This document shows, in pieces, positions 56,664-64,000 of a stretch of 64,000 nucleotides of DNA; position 1 is the stretch's first letter, and the number at the start of each line of letters is the position of its first letter. The stretch is from a virus. Its lineage: Duplodnaviria; Caudoviricetes. Where the stretch lies: positions 22,286 through 86,285 of the IMG/VR virus record IMGVR_UViG_2846856033_000001; one strand, 5' to 3'. The notes below the pieces were generated by a model that saw nothing but the letters and a program-made list of their open reading frames with translations, was not told where the DNA came from and did not search any database. Both the position numbers and the translations under genes were made by a program.

Positions 56664-57992
56664 ATGACGCTGACATTTGAATATACCCTTGATACCGGAG
56701 CAGGCTTGTATCCGCAGGTGATCCACACCTCGGACAACCTGCTCCGTTTCATATACCTCACCGCCGACGGCACCGTGGCGGGAAGCACGGCAGACCCGGT
56801 TCTCGGTTTGTACGATAATCTGACCTATACCGAAACCGGCAGGATATCAACCGATGAAACGGTGTCGTATCCGAGCATCAAAAAAGTGGCGCATTACGGC
56901 GCATACGGATTCTGGAGCGCCGAGGGCGACCACCGTTTTGTGATGTATATGCTGCCGACCGACATTACAAATTCGTTTATCGACGGCTCGGTCAAGTTCA
57001 GCATCGGCAGCGAGGTCTCGCAGATGTCCTGCACCCTGCTCAACATCAAGGGGGCGCTGCTCAATCGCTACCGTGCTTTCGTGACACCCGGCACCAAGAT
57101 GGAGCTGTACTTTTCACTCGGAGACAGCGGCGAAATCACGCTCGGCATTTTCTATATCGACCGCGCTTCGGTCGCGTACCCGGACGAAAAAGTATCGGTG
57201 TCTGCCAGAAACGCAATCGGCAAGTTGCTAAAGGAACAGACCTTTAATGAGGACAACACCTTTGAAGGTACGACGCTTCAGCTGAACCTGCAGGAGATTC
57301 TTCGCCACGCCGAGGTGGAGGATTTTTTTGTCGGCGACAACACAAAGGCATGGAAGCTACGCTTCGAACCGGATGTCACCATACTGGACGGCATCAAGCG
57401 GGTAATCTCTCTGCTTGACGGCTGGAAGGTCGATGAAACGGCAAATGGCGTTATCGGCGTGGCGGCGGCTACAGACGCCCGTTTCGACCAGCCCGCCGTG
57501 TATACCTTCGAGCGCGACAAGACCTGCTGGAGCTACAGCGTGGAATATGACGATTCGGAAGCGGTCAGCAGGGTCTGCGTCACCTGCACCAACCCGGAAA
57601 ACACGGTTTATGCTACAGCTCCCAGAAGCAAATGGTGGGTTCAGCCGTCCCACCGCACGACTTACGTCACAGCCGCCGACGGTGCAACGCTTGCCGAGAT
57701 AACGGCTATGGCCGAGGAGTTGGCGCAGACCATCGCCATATCCGGCAGGCAGGAGAGCTTCGTCGGCATCTTCACGCCCCAGCTCACCATCGGGGACGAG
57801 GTGCACATTGTCAGCGAGGCAAAAACCGAAACCATCGGTACTGTCACGGATGTTACGCACAATTTCGGCAGGGGCGGTTTCTATACGGCGTTCACCGTGG
57901 ATAGCGGCGGACGAAAAGGCAAAGCGCGTCTTTCAGATTTGATCGGCAAAGCATCCGAAAAGTCCAATCTGAACGGCGTGACAATTTATTAA
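56664..57992 (+). CDS. Tail tip / baseplate hub protein
   Basis: LGIFYID, PQLTIGD...VTDVTH hub-like motifs. Confidence 0.65.
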   Translation: MTLTFEYTLDTGAGLYPQVIHTSDNLLRFIYLTADGTVAGSTADPVLGLYDNLTYTETGRISTDETVSYPSIKKVAHYGAYGFWSAEGDHRFVMYMLPTDITNSFIDGSVKFSIGSEVSQMSCTLLNIKGALLNRYRAFVTPGTKMELYFSLGDSGEITLGIFYIDRASVAYPDEKVSVSARNAIGKLLKEQTFNEDNTFEGTTLQLNLQEILRHAEVEDFFVGDNTKAWKLRFEPDVTILDGIKRVISLLDGWKVDETANGVIGVAAATDARFDQPAVYTFERDKTCWSYSVEYDDSEAVSRVCVTCTNPENTVYATAPRSKWWVQPSHRTTYVTAADGATLAEITAMAEELAQTIAISGRQESFVGIFTPQLTIGDEVHIVSEAKTETIGTVTDVTHNFGRGGFYTAFTVDSGGRKGKARLSDLIGKASEKSNLNGVTIY

Positions 57993-58006
57993 GGGAGGAA
58001 TTTATT

Positions 58007-58420
58007 ATGAAAGAAATTTGGACATGGATTCAACTTTTGCTCGCTGCTATCGGTGGCTGGCTCGGTTGGTTTCTCGGAGGAGCTGACGGCTTTCTCTATG
58101 CGCTCATCGCATTTGTGGTTATCGACTATATTACCGGCGTGATGTGCGCCATCGTAGACCACAAGTTATCCAGCGAGGTCGGCTTCAAGGGCATCTGTAA
58201 AAAGGTGCTCGTTTTTATGATGGTCGGTATCGGAAACATCATCGACGTCCAAGTACTGGGGCAGGCTGGGGTGCTGCGTACTGCGGTCATCTTCTTTTAT
58301 CTATCCAATGAGGGCGTGTCGATGCTTGAAAATGCCGGACATTTGGGGCTGCCTATTCCGGCGAAGCTTAAAGAGGTACTTGAACAATTACACGATAGGT
58401 CTGGCAAGGAGGATAATTAA
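58007..58420 (+). CDS. Holin (phage holin 4 family)
   Basis: DYITG, LSSEVG, NEGVSMLEN. Confidence 0.92.
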   Translation: MKEIWTWIQLLLAAIGGWLGWFLGGADGFLYALIAFVVIDYITGVMCAIVDHKLSSEVGFKGICKKVLVFMMVGIGNIIDVQVLGQAGVLRTAVIFFYLSNEGVSMLENAGHLGLPIPAKLKEVLEQLHDRSGKEDN

Positions 58421-59143
58421 ATGAACCTGCACAAACTCATTCTGACCAACAACGCCTGCTACAAGGCTGGCAGAACCATCACGCCGAAGGGCATCATGGT
58501 GCATTCTACCGGGGTGAATAATCCCAATCTGAAACGCTATGTCGGTCCCGACGACGGGTTGTTGGGAAAAAACCAGTATAACAATCACTGGAATCAGGAC
58601 AAGCCGGATGGTCGACAGGTCTGCATCCACGGCTTCATAGGCAAGCTGGCTGACGGAACGATAGCTACTTACCAGACACTGCCGTGGAATATGCGCGGCT
58701 GGCACTGTGGCAGCGGTTCAAAAGGCTCCGGGAACGATACGCATATCGGCTTTGAAATCTGCGAGGACGGTCTGACCGACGCCTCGTATTTTTCTGCCGT
58801 TTACAAGGAAGCCGTGGAGCTTTGCGTGTATCTCTGCAATCTGTACAACCTTACCGAAAAGGACGTTATTTGTCACTCGGAAGGATATAAGCAGGGCGTT
58901 GCCAGCAACCACGGCGATGTAATGCACTGGTTCCCGAAACACGGCAAGAGCATGGATACCTTCCGCGCCGAGGTCGGAAAGCTGCTTGTTGCATCCGCTC
59001 CCGCTACCGAGCCTGCACCGACCACACAAAAAACGCTCTACCGTGTTCAAATCGGGGCGTATTCTGTCAAAGCGAATGCCGACGCTATGCTCTCCAAAAT
59101 CAAGGCGGCGGGCTTCACCGACGCTTTCATCAAAACTGAATAG
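58421..59143 (+). CDS. N-acetylmuramoyl-L-alanine amidase endolysin with SPOR-like C-domain
   Basis: IMVHST, WHCG, IGFEICE, CHSE, NHGD; YRVQIGAY. Confidence 0.9.
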   Translation: MNLHKLILTNNACYKAGRTITPKGIMVHSTGVNNPNLKRYVGPDDGLLGKNQYNNHWNQDKPDGRQVCIHGFIGKLADGTIATYQTLPWNMRGWHCGSGSKGSGNDTHIGFEICEDGLTDASYFSAVYKEAVELCVYLCNLYNLTEKDVICHSEGYKQGVASNHGDVMHWFPKHGKSMDTFRAEVGKLLVASAPATEPAPTTQKTLYRVQIGAYSVKANADAMLSKIKAAGFTDAFIKTE

Positions 59144-59155
59144 TTCGCACGTTTC

Positions 59156-59197
59156 GGTTGCCAACTGACCCCTCGCTGTCCTGTGGATGGTGAGGGG
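59156..59197 (+). promoter_or_regulatory. Conserved 42-bp element, copy 3
   Basis: GGTTGCCAActgacccCTCGCTGTCCTGTGGATGGTGAGGGG. Confidence 0.85.
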
Positions 59198-59231
59198 TTT
59201 ATTCTTTTCCCCTCCGAACGGAGGTAACCCA

Positions 59232-59639
59232 ATGACCAGTACGCAAAAACAGCGAATCAAATACTTACGCGGCAAGGGCGAAAGCTATGCCGCTGTCGCC
59301 GACGCGCTCGGCATTTCGGAGAATACCGTCAAGTCCTACTGCCGCCGGAACAACCTTGGCACGGGATTCATCGCCGAACAAATTCAGCCCATAAACGATA
59401 CCTGTGCCAACTGCGGACGGCCGCTGACACATATGCCCGGTGCAAAGAAAAAGCGGTTCTGCTCCGACAAATGCCGTATGGTGTGGTGGGCAAAGCACCC
59501 CGAAGCCGTGAACCGAAAGGCAGTCTACTACTTTGTCTGTCCAACCTGCGGCGTGGAATTCGCCGCCTACGGTAATGCCAAGCGCAAATACTGCTCCCGT
59601 GCCTGTTTCGGACTTTCGAGGAGGGCTACCGATGAGTAA
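59232..59639 (+). CDS. HTH plus double zinc-ribbon protein (candidate recombination directionality factor or regulator)
   Basis: GISENTVKSYCRR; CANC...FCSDKC; CPTC...YCSRAC. Confidence 0.75.
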   Translation: MTSTQKQRIKYLRGKGESYAAVADALGISENTVKSYCRRNNLGTGFIAEQIQPINDTCANCGRPLTHMPGAKKKRFCSDKCRMVWWAKHPEAVNRKAVYYFVCPTCGVEFAAYGNAKRKYCSRACFGLSRRATDE

Positions 59640-59871
59640 GGAAGAGGCAATTCTCCACTATAAAGCGTCAATGTCCGTGTTCAAAAAATGGCTTGACGAC
59701 GGTGTCATCACCCCGGCTGATCTGCAGTCAATTAACACAATGCTCATCAAGAAATACGGTTTATCATCGTGCAGCATATTCCTCGAAAATGACTTGCTAT
59801 GTAAGGAAAACAGAGTGATATATGGTGTTGTGAAAGGAGGCCGTTATGAGCAGAAAGATAACCAAAATTGA
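59632..59871 (+). CDS. SHOCT-like small protein
   Basis: KWLDDGVIT...KKY, upstream of the recombinase pair. Confidence 0.6.
   Translation: MSKEEAILHYKASMSVFKKWLDDGVITPADLQSINTMLIKKYGLSSCSIFLENDLLCKENRVIYGVVKGGRYEQKDNQN
59793..59824 (+). promoter_or_regulatory. 32-bp promoter-like motif, copy 2, upstream of the recombinases
   Basis: CTTGCTA-N12-AGAGTGATATATG. Confidence 0.65.
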
Positions 59872-61165
59872 ACGGACGGCGGAGTTGCCGTCCAGACAGA
59901 GGGTCGTAGCCTACGCCCGCGTTTCCTGCGGCAAGGACGAAATGCTACACTCCCTTGCCGCTCAGGTCAGCTTTTACAGCAACCTGATACAGAGCAATCC
60001 TGAGTGGGAGTACGTCGGCGTGTATGCAGATGAAGCGGAAACCGGTACAAAGGATTCAAGACCTGAATTTCAGCGACTGATTGCGGATTGTCGGGCGGGG
60101 TGTATCGACCTCGTCCTCACAAAATCAATCAGCCGTTTTGCAAGGAACACTATTACGCTGCTGGCAACCGTCCGAGAACTAAAAGACCTTGGCGTCGGTG
60201 TGTCTTTTGAGGAGCAGAACCTGCACTCGCTTTCGGGTGACGGGGAGTTAATGCTTACCATCCTCGCAAGCTACGCACAGGAAGAGAGCCGTTCGGTCAG
60301 TGAAAACCAGAAATGGCGAATACATAAAAACTATTCCGAGGGAAAACCCTCAAATAATATCCGCATTTACGGCTATGCGTACAGTAAAGGCAAGCTGACC
60401 GTTATCCCCAAAGAAGCAGAGGTCGTGCGGATGATATTCGCCGACTACATTTCGGGAATGGGTAAAAACGCCATTATGAAAAAGTTGACGAGACTCGGCA
60501 TACCCACAAAGTGCGGCGGTCGGTGGTCGGAAAGCACGGTAGGCAGTATCCTTACTAACGAGAAGTTCATCGGCGATACGTGCCTGCAAAAGGGTTTCAT
60601 AGCCGACCACATCACCAAACACTGGAAACCAAACAGCGGTGAACTGCCAAAATACTATGTCGAGGGTTCTCACGAGGCGATAATTGACAGAGAGACTTTC
60701 GAGGCGGTTCAGGCTGAAATGACGCGGCGGGCGGCGAAAGCAAACCACCCCCGGAAAAGCACATTCAGTGAGTTTTCAGGGCTGATTACCTGCGGACAGT
60801 GCGGCGCGAAGTTCCGCAAGAAAATAAACGGCATCGGCACAAAGTACGCCAAGGCGACATGGGCTTGCGCGACCTTTACCTATCGTGGCAAAGACCAGTG
60901 CGGGGCGAAGCGGATACCCGAAGACATCCTCAAAGCGAAATGCGCCGAGGCTCTGGGGGTTCACGAATATGACGCGGAGAAGCTCAAAGCTAAAGTTGCC
61001 GTCATCGCAGTCCCAGATGACGGTGTTCTTGTTTTCACCTTTAAGGATGGTACGGGGCGGACACTAACTTGGGAGAACCCTTCCAGACGCAATAGCTGGA
61101 CGGACGAGATGAAAGCCGCCGCAAGGGAAAAAGTAAAGGAGGGACACGCCAATGGCAAATGTTAG
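59846..61165 (+). CDS. Large serine recombinase 1
   Basis: AYARVS, KSISRFARN, ILTNEKFIG, zinc ribbon CGQCG. Confidence 0.93.
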   Translation: MSRKITKIERTAELPSRQRVVAYARVSCGKDEMLHSLAAQVSFYSNLIQSNPEWEYVGVYADEAETGTKDSRPEFQRLIADCRAGCIDLVLTKSISRFARNTITLLATVRELKDLGVGVSFEEQNLHSLSGDGELMLTILASYAQEESRSVSENQKWRIHKNYSEGKPSNNIRIYGYAYSKGKLTVIPKEAEVVRMIFADYISGMGKNAIMKKLTRLGIPTKCGGRWSESTVGSILTNEKFIGDTCLQKGFIADHITKHWKPNSGELPKYYVEGSHEAIIDRETFEAVQAEMTRRAAKANHPRKSTFSEFSGLITCGQCGAKFRKKINGIGTKYAKATWACATFTYRGKDQCGAKRIPEDILKAKCAEALGVHEYDAEKLKAKVAVIAVPDDGVLVFTFKDGTGRTLTWENPSRRNSWTDEMKAAAREKVKEGHANGKC

Positions 61166-62735
61166 GGTGATACCCGCCACCGCCCCTATCGTATCGGCGC
61201 AAGCGACAAATGCTACCTGCAAGCGACGGGTTGCGGCATACGCGAGGGTTTCAACGGATAGCGAAGAGCAGTTGACCTCATATGAGGCGCAGGTTGACTA
61301 CTACACCAAATTCATTAACAACCGCTCCGAATGGGAATTCATAACCGTGTATACGGATGAAGGCATCTCGGCGGTGAACACGAAAAAACGTGAGGGCTTT
61401 AAACAGATGGTCGCCGACGGGATGGCGGGCAAGTTCGATTTGCTCGTCACAAAGAGCGTCAGCCGCTTCGCCCGTAATACGGTCGACAGTCTCACAACCG
61501 TACGCAAACTCAAGGAAAAAGGTGTCGAGGTCTGGTTCGAGAAGGAAAACATCTACACGCTGGACAGCAAGGGCGAGTTGCTTATTACAATAATGTCAAG
61601 CCTCGCACAGGAAGAGAGCCGCTCTATTTCGGAGAATGTGACTTGGGGGCAACGCAAGCGTATGGCTGACGGCAAGATTACGCTTCCATATAAACAATTC
61701 CTCGGCTACTGCAAGGGCGAGGACGGCTTGCCGCAGATAGTGCCGGAAGAAGCTGAGGTTGTTCGGCTTATATTCAGGCTTTTTATGGAGGGTAAGACCT
61801 ACTCGGCAATCGCAAAGCACCTCGTCAAGTATGGTTTTCCAACACCTGCCGGTAAGGACAATTGGCAGGCTTGCGTGGTGCAGTCCATACTTACCAACGA
61901 AAAATATAAAGGTCATGCCCTTATGCAAAAGACATACTGCGCCAACTTCCTCACTAAGAAAATGGTTAAGAACACGGGACAGGTTCAGCAATATTATGTC
62001 GAGGACAGCCATCCCGCTATCGTCGACCCTGACGAGTGGGAAGCTGTTCAGGCGGAGATTATTCGTCGAAAGAAGCTCGGCAGTATCGGTCGGTGCGGTA
62101 GTCCCTTTTCGGGCAAAATCGTCTGCGGTGAGTGCGGCGGATGGTACGGCAAAAAGGTATGGGGCAGCTACAGGTTCGATAAGACCTATCGTCGAGAGGT
62201 TTACCGATGCAACGACAAATATAAAGGCGAGCATAAATGCGAAACACCTGTTGTAACGGAGGACGAGGTTAAAGAGCGTTTCCTCACAGCATTCAATACC
62301 CTGATGGAAAACCGCGACGGGTTGATTGAGGACTGCCGACTGGCGCAATCAACACTCTGCGACACCACGGCGATTGACACGGAACTCGCCGAACTACTGC
62401 GAGAGATTGAGGTGGTCGCCGAGCTTTCCCGAAAGGCTATCTACGAAAACGCCCGAACCGCCCAGAGCCAGAACGACTTCAATGAGCGCAACAATGGTTA
62501 CCTCGAACGCCATCGCAAAGCGATGGAGCAGATCGATATGCTGGAGACGGCAAAACAGGAACGACTCGCCAAGTCAAAAACACTCGAAATCTTCATCCGC
62601 GACATTGAGAGCCGCCCGCTCGTTATTGCTGAGTTTATCGAAGCCTTGTGGTTAGCGGTAATCGACAGGGTTGCAATCGCCACCGACGGCGCAATGACTT
62701 TCACATTCCGCAACGGAGCGGAGGTCACCGTATAA
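61152..62735 (+). CDS. Large serine recombinase 2
   Basis: AYARVST, KSVSRFARN, NEKYKG, CGECG, coiled coil. Confidence 0.94.
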   Translation: MANVRVIPATAPIVSAQATNATCKRRVAAYARVSTDSEEQLTSYEAQVDYYTKFINNRSEWEFITVYTDEGISAVNTKKREGFKQMVADGMAGKFDLLVTKSVSRFARNTVDSLTTVRKLKEKGVEVWFEKENIYTLDSKGELLITIMSSLAQEESRSISENVTWGQRKRMADGKITLPYKQFLGYCKGEDGLPQIVPEEAEVVRLIFRLFMEGKTYSAIAKHLVKYGFPTPAGKDNWQACVVQSILTNEKYKGHALMQKTYCANFLTKKMVKNTGQVQQYYVEDSHPAIVDPDEWEAVQAEIIRRKKLGSIGRCGSPFSGKIVCGECGGWYGKKVWGSYRFDKTYRREVYRCNDKYKGEHKCETPVVTEDEVKERFLTAFNTLMENRDGLIEDCRLAQSTLCDTTAIDTELAELLREIEVVAELSRKAIYENARTAQSQNDFNERNNGYLERHRKAMEQIDMLETAKQERLAKSKTLEIFIRDIESRPLVIAEFIEALWLAVIDRVAIATDGAMTFTFRNGAEVTV

Positions 62736-62750
62736 CATAAACTGAAATTT

Positions 62751-62778
62751 ACGGCTCGCCTTCGGGCGGGCTGTTTTT
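62751..62778 (+). terminator. Intrinsic terminator
   Basis: ACGGCTCGCC-TTCG-GGCGGGCTGT followed by TTTT. Confidence 0.8.
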
Positions 62779-63060
62779 GTTTAACTTATCTTTTAACGGC
62801 GGTATTCATCGTTAAAAGATACCCCATAAAAGGGGTGCAAATTTTAACGATTTACTTTCTTTTAACGTTTTTCTCTTGTGACAACTCCAAAAACTGCCAC
62901 GGTTCAAGTCAAGCGTCCTCCGAATATGCCTCTGGAAACTGCCAACTTTTGATACAAGATAAAACGCCAAAAAGCAAGAAAGCCCAGTATTGCTGGACTT
63001 TCAGGCAAAACAAAAACCACCTACCGACAAAATTTCTTTTATCAATAGATGGTATTTGAT

Positions 63061-63137
<77 letters not shown>

Positions 63138-63172
63138 ACGGAGCACCATTATACCAAGTTTGAGTGAAAGTG

Positions 63173-64000
63173 TTAAATCGGGGGGGCGTAGCTGAATTTT
63201 TGAAGCAGCAGGTGTTTTAGATGAGGTACGGCATCAGTTGCCCCCAGCTCTCCCCGCAAGACTATTTCCGGGGCTTTCAGGAAATCGCCTGGACCTATTC
63301 CTGAGAGGTCAGGCTCAATGGCAATATCGGCGGCCAGCAGATTTTCCTGAGCCATATGTATTGACATAATATTTACTATCTGGAAGGCTGTATCAAAGAC
63401 TGAGGGTTCCGAATCTCTGTTTTGTTTTATATAATCATGGCGGTAAATGGCATTTACCGCAATTACAAAATCTGCCCCCATGTCACGTACAATCTGAGCT
63501 GGAATAGGGGTAATAATGCCGCCATCCACCAGAAAACGGTTTTTGTTTTTCACCGGACGGAAAATAATGGGCAGGGACATGCTGGCAATTACTCCGTCAA
63601 TAACAGGACCCTCGTTAAAGATAACTTCTTCGCCGGTTTTAACGTCTGCGGCTACGCAGGCAAAGGGTTTCTTGAGTTCGGCAAAGGTGATGTCTCCGAT
63701 AAGCTCTTTTAAATAACTTTTTATCTTTCGGGACGATAGGAAACCGGCTCTGGGGGCGGCCAAATCCAGAAGGGGCATAAGCTGTTTCCAACTCAGGTTA
63801 TGTACTATTTCTTTCATTTCCTGCGGTTTATGACCACTGGCATATAGAGCGCCTATAATGGCACCCATACTGGTTCCGGTGACCAAATCCAGCGGTAAGC
63901 CTTCTTTTTCCAGTACTTCAAGCACGCCGATATGGATGATGCCTCTGGCAGCGCCTCCACCCAAGGCAATGCCTATTTTAGGCACTTTGGATTTGGGCAT
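63173..64000 (-). CDS. Patatin-like phospholipase (RssA/NTE family), host gene
   Basis: GGGAARG, GTSMG, DGG. Confidence 0.93.
   Translation of the reverse strand: MPKSKVPKIGIALGGGAARGIIHIGVLEVLEKEGLPLDLVTGTSMGAIIGALYASGHKPQEMKEIVHNLSWKQLMPLLDLAAPRAGFLSSRKIKSYLKELIGDITFAELKKPFACVAADVKTGEEVIFNEGPVIDGVIASMSLPIIFRPVKNKNRFLVDGGIITPIPAQIVRDMGADFVIAVNAIYRHDYIKQNRDSEPSVFDTAFQIVNIMSIHMAQENLLAADIAIEPDLSGIGPGDFLKAPEIVLRGELGATDAVPHLKHLLLQKFSYAPPI

Larger units (their letters stand above)
20039..62830 (+). mobile_element. Temperate siphovirus-type prophage core (Clostridia-like), ending at tRNA-Ala; left boundary uncertain, cargo may extend to ~7.6 kb or beyond
   Basis: Colinear replication, packaging, head, tail, lysis and integration modules on the plus strand. 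Confidence 0.92.

Noticed and set aside
22326-59197. 42-bp repeats as a CRISPR array or IS ends
   Set aside because: Only three dispersed same-strand copies kilobases apart; no spacers, cas operon or transposase.

Overview
Almost the whole window is accessory DNA lying against the 3' end of a tRNA-Ala(TGC) gene (63062-63137, minus). Only that tRNA and a patatin gene look like host backbone; they resemble Dehalococcoidia to me, which is unverified. Left part (1-7.6 kb): a remnant BREX-like locus (BrxL, a deletion-fused PglZ fragment), a DUF2779 nuclease-like gene, a WYL regulator and a truncated lipoprotein. Next (7.7-20 kb, minus strand): a serine recombinase with its partner gene, then defence cargo (vWA, WapI-like, macrodomain-HTH, ART-fold protein, two nucleases, and a LlaJI/McrBC-like R-M system with two MTases and an HTH controller). 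The rest (20-62.8 kb) is an apparently complete Clostridia-type siphoviral prophage: sigma-like regulator, PolA/VapE/SNF2 replication, MetK plus methyltransferase block, HK97 head, tail, holin/amidase and two large serine recombinases. Best leads: (1) a 42-bp element present three times that looks like a phage-sigma promoter fused to an RNA switch controlling ribosome-binding-site access; (2) a MetK / PAPS-reductase / C5-MTase module with a nested out-of-frame gene and a slippery fusion junction; (3) two matching operator plus extended -10 sites flanking the WYL gene; (4) an ART-fold gene coupled to a macrodomain gene. All family calls come from motif recognition by eye; no searches were run.
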